Shown: positions 51,940-63,941, counted from the first letter of the stretch. The stretch: 64,000 bases of DNA from Mobula hypostoma (GCF_963921235.1 NC_086097.1:174284001-174348000), one strand, 5' to 3'. Notes: generated by a model not told the origin, from the letters alone. A program made the numbers and translations.

Positions 51940-52150
51940 GCAAGAGGGTGCAGATGTTGAAATATGGAACAAAAGATACGTTGCTGGAGGAACTCAGTGG
52001 GTCAATTAGCATCTGTAGAGGGAAATGGGCAATCGATGTTTTGGGTTGAGATCCTTCATCTAGTAAGATGAATAGTCTCAACCTGGAGCGTTGGCTGTTC
52101 ACTTACCTCTGCAAATGCTGCCTGACCAGCTGAATTCCTCGTGTAGTTTG
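51940..52150. mobile_element. Palindromic element made of two inverted Penelope-like termini
   Basis: 51987-52061 is a diverged reverse complement of 52066-52140; the arms resemble 20600-20690. Confidence 0.75.
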
Positions 52151-52661
52151 TATTCTTTTGATCGTATGTTAGCTACCAGCTTCCTAAAATTCATGCAATT
52201 TGCTTGTAACATGAAGTAATTTGTTTCACAAGTGAGGAAATCATTTTTTTACATAGCCAGTGGTTTGGGTCTGGAATGTCCTGACACAGATAGGAGTGGA
52301 AGAATATTAAATTGATTCATTTAGAAGAGAGCTGGATCAGCATTCCAAAGAAAATAATTTGCAGAGCAAGAGAGAGAACATTGGCAAATGGGTCCAGCTG
52401 AATTTCTCTAGCATGGAAATCTCTCTTTAGAGAGTCAAAAATTCCCTAAGTTAACTAGATCAGGCTAGTCCTGCTGCTATGAAGTTCATATGACAAAAGC
52501 ATAGAGAAAATGAGACAGCAAAGAGAGAGTTTAGGAATTTTATGAAGCCTTATTCATATCCCTCCTTAAGCATTAAGTCTTAATTAGCAAATTTCTCAAA
52601 CTAAGCCATGAAGTAAAGCATTTTTGATACTTATTAGGTTAGACCTACACAGAGTTATAAA

Positions 52662-53155
52662 TAAGACCATAAGACATAGGAGCAGAATTAGGTCATTCAG
52701 CCTATTGAGTCTGCTCTGCCATTCCATCATGGCTGATCCTGGATCCTTCTGCCATCTTGCCATATCCTTTCATGCCTTGACTGATCAGAAAACTTATCAA
52801 CTTCTGCCTTAAATATACCCACAGACTTGGCCTCCACTGCATTTTGGGTCAGAGCATTCCACAGATTTACTACTCTCTGGCTACAAAAATTCCTAGTTAC
52901 CTTTGTTCTAAAGTGTCGCCCCTCAATTTTGAGGCTACTCTCCCTTGTTCCGGATACCCCCACCATAGGAAACATTCTCTTCACATCCAATCTATCTAAT
53001 CCTTTCAACATTTGGTAGGTTTCAGTGAGGTCCCTCTACATTCTTCTAAATTCCAGTAAGTACAGGCCCAAAGCCGCCAAACGTAGCTCATATGTTAACC
53101 CCTTCTTTCCTAGAATCATCCTCATGAACCTCCTTTGGACTCTCTACAATAACAA
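52662..53155 (-). mobile_element. CR1 3' fragment
   Basis: MLKGLDRLDVKRMFPMVG...QRVVNLWNAL; tail taagaccataagacatagg. Confidence 0.9.
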
Positions 53156-53320
53156 TGTTTTATTTTGTATCTTGGGACAAATTTACAAAACAAATTATGT
53201 TGTTAATTATGAATATTAATCATCATATGAATGGTATTATTAACATACACACATTGTGAAAGCCAGTATAACAAATGGCACTCAATCAGTAATTCAGTAT
53301 AATTACAAGATGCATAGATG

Positions 53321-53481
53321 AATAAACTCTTCTCGGGCTTCTAGCAGGGTACAGGTATTGATTATAACCGATCTTTCGATGACAAATTCTGCCATCTTCG
53401 GTTGGCAGAGTTAGTCATCGAAACATTGGTTATACTGTAATCAATACTTGTACTCGGCTGGAAGCTCAAGAAGAGTTTATT
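53321..53481. repeat. Inverted repeat with arms of about 75 bp and an 8-nt loop (hairpin element)
   Basis: 53321-53394 matches the reverse complement of 53403-53481, with one 5-nt indel and a few mismatches. Confidence 0.9.
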
Positions 53482-55395
53482 GGTCATATATGCCAGGAAA
53501 ACACTAGGTCCTTTTCCAATATACATTGAGTTTTCATTCTAATGTTTACCTCCAGTGTTTTTGAATTAGTATAGCCCATGGCAAATGATGGTAATGAAGA
53601 TTATGGATTTTTTATTTTGTCAAAACTATTTTATGTATCTCTTATTACTTAAATTCTGCCTTGTATTACATGATACACTTATTGAGTTCACTATTTTGTC
53701 TCCTTTAAATATACTGCAACAAAAAAGAAGCAAACTACACTATATTCTTAATTGGTGCAGAATAGATGGCAATCCTTATTTGACACTGGCATTATTTGTA
53801 ACTTCTTATGCTGGGTTATCTGAAGTGCCTGATATAAGTGAATCCTAACTTGGAAATCTTTGGGATGCTATATGGATCTAAAGTGAATCACATTTTTTTT
53901 TTGGCTGAATTCGCATGGTAATTGGTTAAAAGTTCTTACCTTTAATGTTTTGTCATGGGTACAGTTTTGTTGTAATCATGTTAAAATTCTTGACAGTTAA
54001 AATGCCCATTTCGCATTTTAAAAAATGAGCCTTTGTGAGCCTTAACTGCCTTTCTTTTATGATCTATTTCAATTGCAAAAGTTTGTAAAGTGTTACCTGC
54101 TGTAAATAATTTATTTGATTAAAAGTTAGGCTGTGTTTTTGAGGCAGTTGATTTTCATTTCTTGGTTGAAGAATTTGAAGTAATATTTCCCATCAATAGT
54201 TTCCTCTGCTTTCATTTTAGCTATGTGTGATTTAACATGCTTAATCAGGAATGCTGTCCAGATGTTTGTAATAATCTTATCAGCCTTTGAATTTTTATGC
54301 TGTATTGCAGAAATTGATTTATTCTTGATTAGAGGAAGTTTCCTTTATTTTGTTAAGTCAATCCCTTTGCCAATTCTACATTAATGTAGTGTGGCACGGT
54401 TATTAATGCTTCTTGCTATGATAATTTCAGTAATCTGATCCTGTTGTTTGCAATAGGTTCCGCTTCATACGGAACAGAGTACTCTTGGTCTTCTCTAATC
54501 TACTTAAGCACAAACACTAGTCTTACACTGTATTTTAATTGTTGAATGTGTTTACATTTAATTTTTCCTCATAAATCTTCAATTACTAGGTTTGTCATTA
54601 ATTCTAAATTATTTTTCTCAGCATTTGATTTGCATACTGTTTCAGCTAGGCAAAGAGAAGGCGTCGTGTAACATGTTCTTGCACAAAAAATCTGTTTTAT
54701 CAGTTTTACATTAAGCATTTTGTGCATTTTCCTTCTGAAAATTATAGTGCATTTTGTAAATACTTTAGGCTCTGTAACTGAAATATCACATCCTATTCAT
54801 TTATATAAATACATGTAGTGTTGTACAAGATTCAACTGCATTATATTGGGGATATATATCAGTAAGGAATGGGCATGAAATTTCAAAATAGCTATACAAA
54901 TTGTGATCTCCAGGCTTCAGAAAGTTAAGTGCATCACACAATTTAACTGGCAGTTTTTATTTTAGTGAAAATATTATTGAAGTATCGCTCCTTTTTTGCC
55001 AATCTAGTTCTTCATGCTTTGCAGATGATTAGGTTAGGATGCGTTCTTTATGATCCTAGCAAACTAGTTACATGTGGACTTTGTTATTATTGCATCTTAC
55101 TGTGAATCTGATCAATTTTTTCCTCTCTTGCAATTTTGGCTTCCAGTGGTGTTGTACATTCCATTACCACACAATTTGGTATTGTGTGATTACCACATCA
55201 AACAACAAATGGTAGCTGTGGTCCCTTGTGTTTAGTTGCCTTTTGGTTGAACTCGAGTGAGTGGGTGTTTTTTTTTACTGTGCACTGAGAATGAGTAGAG
55301 CTGAGGCAGAATCTAAGTTTTTTTTCCTGAGTTGATATGCTTAGTTTTTGTGTAGGTTCTTAAACTGTGGCGCAGTGGTGCATATTCTACTAGAT

Positions 55396-55800
55396 ATAAG
55401 ACTATAAGACATAGGAGCAGAATTAGGCCATTTGGCCCATCAAGTCTGCTTCAGTTTAACCATGGCTGATTCTTTTCTCCCCTCCTCAGCTCCACTTCTC
55501 CCCGTAACCTTTGGTGCCATGGCCAATCAAGAACATATCAATCTCTGTCTTAAATACAACCAATGACCTGGCCTCCATATCTGCCTCTGGTAACAAATTC
55601 TACAAATTTACCACTCGCTGGCTAAAGAAATTTCTCCACATCTCTGTATTAAATGATGCCCCTCTATCCTGAGGCTCTGTCCTCTTGTTCCAGACTCTCC
55701 CACCATGGGAACCATCCTTTCCACATCTACTCTGTCTAGGCCTTTCAACATTTGAAAAGTTTCAATGTGACCTCCCCCCCCCCCCCATGATCATCCTAAA
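55396..55800 (-). mobile_element. CR1 3' fragment
   Basis: Tail ataagactataagacatagg; same family as 46496-48967. Confidence 0.88.
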
Positions 55801-56289
55801 TAATAGAGAGTAGTAAATCTATAGAGTAGAAAATTTACTTGGCCCTTTCCTTCTGATATTTGATGCAAAGACTCTTTTGAGTAGTCGTTAAAGTTATTGG
55901 TGTTGCCATCCTGACAGATTTAAAAATAAGGCCCCCCTACTTACTTCATTGAGCATTGTAGTAGATGAGTACACCAAATGATTTTACCTAATGTGTTTGC
56001 TGGTCGCAATGAAGATTGCTGTGCTGGTAGCTGAACCTAATTGGCTCAATAAACTGCATATGAAGAAACTCGTAGATGTTACGTTGGCATTGAGTTGGCT
56101 TTTGACCCCAACATCTGAGGAAAGATTGCTGGCCCTGGATAGGGTCCAGAGGAGGTTTACAAGAATAATCCATAGGAATTAAAAGCTAAATGTTGTTATA
56201 AGTAATTTAAAGAATGAACTCATAATTACATTTGAAATTGTATAACTTCAATGTGAACTGTATTATTTCATGAAAGTTTTGTAAGTTGC

Positions 56290-58130
56290 ATGTAAGTACC
56301 ATTATGAAGAAAGTATGGCAGTGCCTCTATTTTCTAAGAAGTTGGCAAAAATTCAGCATGCCATTTAAAACTTTGACAATCTTCTATAGATGTGCGATGG
56401 AGAGAATATTGACTAGTTGCATCAGAGCCTGGTATGAAAACACCAGTGCCCTTGTTTGGAAAAACCTACAAAAAGTAGTGGATATGGCCCAGTCTATCCC
56501 CAGCCAAGGTGGCACTTGTGAACCATGGCAGTGTTCTGAGGGATATGTACAGTATTTCTAAGTTTCCCGAACATCTACACTCACCCCATCTTCCTTCCGC
56601 CTTAACAGTGATAGAGTTCCTCTTGTCTTTACCTGCCACCCTGTCAGCCTCCACATCAGCTCATCATACACCATAACTTTCGACACTTCTAAACATCTTT
56701 TAACACCCGCACCCCACTCTGCGTTGTGCAGGGATCACTCCCTATGCAATTCCCTTGTCTATTTTTCCATCCCCACTAATCTCCCTCCTAGCACTTCTCT
56801 TTGCAAGTGACCTAAGTGCTACTCCTGCCAGTTCACCTCCTCTCTAACTTATGTTCAGGGCCCAAAACAGTCCAAGGTGAGACAACACCTCACCTGTTAA
56901 TTTGCTTGGGTTTCTATAGTGTCCTTTGTTCCCGATGTGGCCTCCTCTACATTGGTGAGACCTGTCATAAATTGGGGGACCACTTTGTCAAGCACCTCTG
57001 CTCCATTTGCCACAAGCGGAACTTCACACTGGGCAAACATTTTAATTCTGATTCCCATTCCATTTATGACAGATCAATCCATGGCCTCCTTTTGTGCCAA
57101 GATGAGGCCACTCTCAGGGTGGAGGAGATTAATCTCCTTCCAGTTTAGATGTCTCTTCTGTACAGGTACCAGCTTCCCTGGAAGAGAGTCCAATGATCCA
57201 AAAACCTTTTGCCCTCTCTCCTACACCTACACCTTAGCCATGTGTTAAACTGTATAATCTTCCTATTTCTGGCTTCACGAGCATGTGGCATGGGTAGCAA
57301 TCCTGAGATCACTAGCCTGGATGCTATGCCCCTTAACTTAGCCACTAACTTCCTGAACGCCCTTTACAGAACCTCATCATTCTTCATAGGTTTATCATTG
57401 GTAACCACATGGACCACGAGCTCTGGCTGTTCATCCTCCCACTTAAGAATGCTGAGGACTTGATCTGCAATGTCCTGGAATTTTGATTAACTTCTATACA
57501 TGTGTGATGGAGAGTTTATTGACTGTCTGCATCGCAGCCTGGCATGGAAACAGCAAAGTCCTTGTACGGACAGTCCTACAAAATGTAGTGGATATGACGT
57601 AGTCCAACACGGGTAAACCTCCCCACCAGTGAGCACTTCCACATGGAGTGTTGTTGCATGAAAGCAGCATCCATCACCAGGGACCCCACTACCTAGGTCA
57701 TGCTTTCTTCTCGCTGCTGCCATCAGAAAGAAGGTTCAGGTACCTCAGACTCACACCACCAGGTTCAGGAACAGTTATTAGCCATCAACTATCAGGCTCC
57801 TGAACCAGAGGGGATAACTTCACTCAATTTCACTTGCCCCATCACTGAAGTGTTCTCACAACCTATGGACTCACTTTCAAGGACAATTCATCTTATGTTC
57901 TGTATTTATTGCTTGCTTGCTTGTTTGTTTGTTTATTATTTCTTTCTTTCTTTATGCATTTGCACAGTTTGTTGTCTTTTGAACACTGGCTGAACCTTAG
58001 TGGGTGTGGTCTTTCATTGATTCTATTATGGTTTTTATTCTATTATGGATTTATTGAGTATGCCCACAAGAAAATGTATCTCAGGGTTATATATGGTGAC
58101 ATTTGATAATAAATTTATCTTGAACTTCGA
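56290..58130. mobile_element. Cluster: Rex1 (+, about 56290-56495), Penelope-like GIY-YIG (+, about 56500-57135), CR1 ORF1 (-, about 57140-57480), Rex1 3' (+, about 57487-58130)
   Basis: FYRCAMERILTSCIRAWY; CSRCGLLYIGETCHKLGDHFVKHL; VISGLLPMPH...FRFLDHW-like; Rex1 tail aataaatttatcttgaact. Confidence 0.8.
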
Positions 58131-58525
58131 CTCCAGTGCATTTGATGCCAAATCATTGCCAGTGAGCCTAGAGCCATACTTTAGGTAGTGCTGAGAACTG
58201 CCAAAAGAGTGATGTTTTCCTCCTTATTTATCCCATTACTTCATTGGAAGGTTTTGTCACATTTTAAGCTTTGAACTTCTTCAGATGAAGTGTGACATTC
58301 CAACCTACTTGTATCTCTCTGCTTAGATGTTGGTCTGACCCATGAGGAATGTGTATAAGTCCACATAACCACATTTGGGTTTTTAACTTTAGGTGCTGCT
58401 ACCAGAAATGGGGAATATTTAATTATAAAGTAGCAACTTAAATTTGTATGAATGTAAAGTATTACTTGCATTACGTGTGTGCAAATAACATTGATTCTTA
58501 ATGCTGTTATGTGATCTGATTATAG

Positions 58526-58690
58526 CTAACTGAAGATGAAATAGCAACAATTCTGAAATCCACCTTGAAAGGTCTGGAATATCTGCACTTCATGAGAAAA
58601 ATCCACCGAGATATCAAAGCTGGAAATATTCTACTGAATACTGAGGGCCATGCAAAGCTGGCAGACTTTGGTGTTGCAGGTCAGCTGACA
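58526..58690 (+). CDS. STK3: STK3/MST2 coding exon (equivalent to exon 5), 165 bp
   Basis: Acceptor ttatag|CTA and donor ACA|gtaagt. Encodes [55 protein letters not shown], with the HRD and DFG motifs. Confidence 0.97.
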
Positions 58691-59354
58691 GTAAGTAATC
58701 AGTAAGAATGAATCTAAATAATTAATACTACTCAGACATTGCTTGAGTTGAAAGATCTTTTCAAGGGAACTTGAAGACTGGGGTCAAAACTAGCCTTGTC
58801 AGTGATAAATCCCAGAGAGAAAAAACAAAGCAAAGCAATTCTTACTTTCTTTAGCCCCAGAAATGTAGCTCATTTCATCTTTGAGGTTTGCTTTGTGCCC
58901 TTTCTCAGCAAATTTGCCAGTAAGAACATTTAGAGGCAGTCTTATGCATCACTCTTCTACTTGATAAGTACATCCAAAATGTCCTTCATTCAATGAAGAT
59001 TTATTTCAACTGACTGGATTCAAATCACAATCTCATAGCTGAAGCTTGTTGACATGTTAATTTTCTCTGACATATTACCAATGGGGATGGATGCTTAAAT
59101 CAGATAATGGAAATAAACAGCAGTATGCTCAACATTTTAACAAAAATCCATTAACATGTAACATTAAAGTAAATGTGTGCACAGCCTCTGTATTATTTCT
59201 GTAGTTCAGTCAATTTCCACTGAGTCTCATCTGCTACTGAATTATCCTGATGTGCAGCTGTTACAAGATCTGATAGTGATATTAGAATAGTGGTTAAATT
59301 ATTTGACTTGCAGCCATCCATGTGCTCATCTAAGAGTCTCTTAAATGTCCCTAT

Positions 59355-60125
59355 TGAATGGAGAGAAAATTAAAAAATCTGAGGTGCATTCTTTTCAAGA
59401 GGACTAGAATATAAAAGCAAGGATGTAATGTTGAGACTTTATAAAGCACTGGTGAGGCCTCACTTGGAGTATTGTGAGCAGTTTTGGGCCCCTTATCTTA
59501 GTAAGAATATACTGACATTGCAGAGAGTTCAAAGGAGGTTCATGAAAATGATTCCAGGATTGAACAACTTGTCATATGAAGAGAGTTTGATGGCTTTGGG
59601 GCTGTATTCACTGGAATTCAGAAGAATGAGGGAAGATCTGGTTGAAACCTATCGAATGGTGAAAGACCATGATAGAGTGGAAGTGGAGAGAATGTTTCCT
59701 ATGGTGGGAGTGTTTAAGACCAGAGGAGAACACAGCCTCAAAAAAAAAATCCCATTTTAATGGCCTCCTCTAGTGTCGGGATGAGGGCATACTTGGGAGA
59801 GAGGAACAACACCTTGTAATTTTTACCTTTTTTATGGTCTTATGGTATCATTCTTTACACCCATTCCAGGCAGAGGCAGATTGTTCCATGCACCCATCAC
59901 TCTCTTGGTGAAAACAAAACCTCTTCTGACATCTTCCCTATAATTTCCTCCACTCACCTTAAATGTGTGTCCTCTGGTATTCGCCATTGCTGCTTTCGGG
60001 AAAACAAGGTGCTGGCTGTCCACTCTATCTATGGCTCTTATAATCTTATACATCCCTCTTGAGTTGCCTCTTATCATGCTTTGCTCCGAAGAGAAAAGCC
60101 CTAACTTACTCTGCCTTTCCTCAGA
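59355..60125. mobile_element. CR1 fragments (+ about 59355-59745; - about 59850-60125)
   Basis: LYKALVRPHLEYCEQFWAP on the + strand; YKIIRAIDRVDSQHL on the - strand. Confidence 0.85.
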
Positions 60126-60511
60126 AGATAAGGTTAGGGAGAGGAGAGTGTGAAGGTTTGAGACAGCTGTTGGAGGGAGATGAGCAGAAACACAAAGGGC
60201 TACCCAAAATTTTAAATCTCAATATGACAGCTGTCATACTGGTATCAATAAGAAAGGTAATTTATAAATCTAGTGTTTTTTAAAAAAATGTCTGGAGAGG
60301 AAGCTTGCCACTCTTACCAAGATGATCTGAGATGTAGGTGACTTCTTCCTCAATTTCACATTTCATGTTAGCAACTTTTCTTCAGAACTGCGAGGAGAGT
60401 AGAGGGCTTACAGTTTGCAAAGCAGAGATGGGGGTGGAGGTGGTGGCTGGAGTGAGATGTGAGATAAAAGCCTATGTGAAAAAGGTTTAAAAAATCATAT
60501 GATGAGGAGTA

Positions 60512-61100
60512 AGTTGTGTACATACATCTACTGATGCTTCTGGACACATGTTCAGTGATGTTCCTGGAATCATCGGGTGTTTCGGGTCTTTCAACATCAT
60601 ACAACCTCCTCCAGGTGACCCAGCCGGGGCTGATCAGACCCCAGCTTGTGTCCAGATGGCTAGCTACGAATGACTCCATGGCTCCCCTCTTTTGAGCCAC
60701 AGCCATCTTGAGGCCCTCTCTGCCGCATCGGTGGTACTGCGGATGGCTCTCCTCTTCCCCTCTCCCTCGATGCCCAAAATGCTGAAGGCTCTAGCTAAGG
60801 AACGGGCTGCGAATCCCCTACAACCAACCTCCACTGGGAGACACCCCGCTCTCCATCCAGCCATCTGACAGTTGCTGACCAGTCCTGCGTACTTGGAGAG
60901 CTTCCTTTCAAAGGCCTCTTCGAAGCTATCTTCCCATGGGACTGTCAGCTCCAGCAGCACCACTTGCTTAGTAGACTCAGACACTAGGACAATGTCTGGC
61001 GCAGGGTGGTGGCTGCGATATGGTTGGGGAACTTCAGCTGCCGTTCGAGGTCCACCAAGAGCTGCCAGTCCCTTGCAGAGGTCAGAATGCCTGCAGATGT
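60512..61100 (-). mobile_element. RLE-type non-LTR retrotransposon 3' fragment (HERO-like, R2 group)
   Basis: PDIVLVSESTKQVVLLELTVPWE...ERKLSKY...PVEVGCRGF...WLWLKR is a PD-(D/E)xK restriction-like endonuclease. Stop at 60664, followed by a 3'UTR of about 150 nt. Confidence 0.85.
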
Positions 61101-61562
61101 TCTTTTGGTGGGAAGATATTTTAAAGAAATGGAATAAGAAAAGGACATAAGCAAGATGATGGAAAATAATGAGAGAGCAACTGGTTAGAAAATAAATCAG
61201 TTGAGACACAGAAATTGTTAAGACACAGGAGGCCACTCAGCTGATCGAATTAGTCTTGGCTAAACCATTTGGAGTCATGGTATTTTGTTTGACTATTTTT
61301 TAAGAGTTTAAATTCTTAAAGATTTTTAATAGCTAGCAATATACAGTGGCATGCAAAAGTTTGGGCACCCCGGTCAAAAATTCTGTTACTGCGAATAGCT
61401 AAGTGAGTAAAAGATGAACTGATTTCCAAAAGGCACGAAGTTAAAGATGACACATTTCTTTAATATTTTAAGCAAGATTACTTTTTTATTTCCATCTTTT
61501 ACAGTTTCAAAATAACAAAAAAGGAAAAGGGCCCGAAGCAAAAGTTTGGGCACCCTGCATGG

Positions 61563-62573
61563 TCAGTACTTAGTAACACTCCCTTTGGCAAGTATCACAG
61601 CTTGTAAATGCTTTCTGTAGTCAGCTAAGAGTCTTTCAATTCTTGTTTGGGGGATCTTCGCCCATTCTTCCTTGCAAAAGGCTTCTAGTTCTGTGAGATT
61701 CTTGGGCCGTCTTGCATGCACTGCTCGTTTGAGGTCTATCCACAGATTCCCAATGATGTTTAGGTCAGGGGACTGTGAGCCATGGCAAAATCTTCAGCTT
61801 GAGCCTCTTGAGGTAGTCCATTGTGGATTTTGAGGTGTGTTTAGGTTCATTATCCTGTTGTAGAAGCCATCCTCTTTACATCTTCGTTTTTTTTTACAGA
61901 CGATGTGATGTTTGCTTCCAGAATTTGCTGGTATTTAATTGAATTCATTCTTCCCTCTACCATTGAAATGTTCCCCGTGTCACTGGCTGCAACTCAAGCC
62001 CAAAGCATGATCAATCCACCCCCGTGCTTAACAGTTGGAGAGGGGTTCTCTTCATGAAATTCTGCATCCTTTTTTCTCCAAACATACCTTTGCTCATTGC
62101 GGCCAAGAAGTTCTATTTTAACTTCATCAGTCCACAGGACTTGTTTCCAACGTGCATCAGGCTTGTTTAGATGTTCCTTTGCAAACTTCTGATGCTGAAT
62201 TTTGTGGTGAGGATGCAGGAAAGGTTTTCTTCTGATGACTCTTCCATGAAGGTCATATTGGTGCAGGTGTCGCTACACAGTAGAACAGTGCACCACCACT
62301 CCAGAGTCTGCTAAATCTTCCTGAAGGTCTTTTGCAGTCAAACGGGAGTTTTGATTTGTCTTTCTAGCAATCCTACGAGCAGTCCTCTCGGAAAGTTTTC
62401 TTGGTCAACTTGACTTCCACTGTTCCTGTTACCTACCATTTCTTAATTACCTTACGAACTGAGAAAACGGCTACCTGAAAACACTTTGCTATCTTCTTAT
62501 AGCCTTCTCCTGCTTTGTGGGCATCAATTATTTTAATTTTCAGAATGCTAGGCAGCTGCTTAGAGGAGCCCAT
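61563..62573 (-). pseudogene. Tc1 transposase pseudogene
   Basis: MGSSKQLPSILKIKIIDAHKAGEGYKKIAK..., VLWTDE, QQDNEPKH, SPDLNIIGNLW (catalytic E appears replaced by G), ...AKGSVTKY*. Internal stops and indels. Confidence 0.88.
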
Positions 62574-62865
62574 GGCTGCAGATTGTTGGGACAAGGTTTG
62601 AGGAGTCAGCGTATTTATGAAGCTTTGAAATTTGCATCACCTGGCCTTTTCTAATGATGACTGTGAACAAGCCATAGCCCTAACAAGCTAATTTAGGTCT
62701 GAGACTTTGGTAAAAGTTATCTGGGAGCTCAAATCTCTTGGGGTGCCCAAACTTTTGCATGTTGCTCCTTTCCTTTTTTTCACTCTGAAATTGTACAAAA
62801 CAAAAATAATACACTAATCTTGCTTAAAATGTTGAAAAGAATGTTATGACTTTTGAGAAAAAGAA

Positions 62866-63941
62866 AACAGACAGGAAGCAAAGAGTGGGAATAAACGGGA
62901 CCTTTTCAGAATGGCAGGCGGTGACTAGTGGGGTACCGCAAGGCTCAGTGCTGGGACCCCAGTTGTTTACAATATATATTAATGACTTGGATGAGGGAAT
63001 TAAATGCAGCATCTCCAAGTTTGCGGATGACACGAAGCTTGGCGGCAGTGTTAGCAGTGAGGAGGATGCTAAGAGGATGCAGGGTGACTTGGATAGGTTG
63101 GGTGAGTGGGCAAACTCATGGCAGATGCAATTTAATGTGGATAAATGTGAAGTTATCCACTTTGGTGGCAAAAATAGGAAAACAGATTATTATCTGAATG
63201 GTGGCCGATTAGGAAAAGGGGAGGTGCAACGAGACCTGGGTGTCATTGAAAGTGGGCATGCAGGTACAGCAGGCGGTGAAAAAGGCGAATGGTATGCTGG
63301 CATTTATAGCGAGAGGATTCGAGTACAGGAGCAGGGAGGTACTACTGCAGTTGTACAAGGCCTTGGTGAGACCACACCTGGAGTATTGTGTGCAGTTTTG
63401 GTCCCCTAATCTGAGGAAAGACATCTTTGCCATAGAGGGAGTACAAAGAAGGTTCACCAGATTGATTCCTGGGATGGCAGGACTTTCATATGAAGAAAGA
63501 CTGGATGAACTGGGCTTGTACTCGTTGGAATTTAGAAGATTGAGGGGGGATCTGATTGAAACGTATAAGATCCTAAAGGGATTGGACAGGCTAGATGCAG
63601 GAAGATTGTTCCCGATGTTGGGGAAGTCCAGAACGAGAGGTCACAGTTTGAGGATAGAGGGGAAGCCTTTTAGGACCGAGATTAGGAAAAACTTCTTCAC
63701 ACAGAGAGTGGTGAATCTGTGGAATTCTCTGCCACAGCAAACTGTTGAGGCCAGTTCATTGGCTATGTTTAAGAGGGAGTTAGATATGGCCCTTGTGGCT
63801 ACAGGGGTCAGGGGGTATGGAGGGAAGGCTGGGGCGGGGTTCTGAGTTGGATGATCAGCCATGATCATAATAAATGGCAGTGCAGGCTCAAAGGGCCGAA
63901 TGGCCTACTCCTGCACCTATTTTCTATGTTTCTATGTTTCT
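62866..63941 (+). mobile_element. Young 5'-truncated CR1 (RT C-terminal half plus 3'UTR)
   Basis: VTSGVPQGSVLGP, SKFADDTK and RPHLEYCVQFWSP with only one frameshift (about 63245). (TTTCTATG)n tail. Flanking duplication TTATGACTTTTG at 62844-62855 and 63951-63962. Confidence 0.95.

Noticed and set aside
209..58690. Assignment as STK4/MST1
   Set aside because: The residues LSEDS, VFKA, ESGQVV, YVV and ILKST match MST2, whereas MST1 has LDEDS, VYKA, ETGQIV, HVV and ILQST.
60664..61236. 190-aa ORF as a host nuclease gene
   Set aside because: The N-terminal part is flanking or frameshifted sequence; only the C-terminal RLE domain of a 5'-truncated retrotransposon is real.
62846..63845. Programmed frameshift between two overlapping RT ORFs
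   Set aside because: The shift at about 63245 is better explained by a small deletion relative to other CR1 copies in the window (compare 48235-48275).
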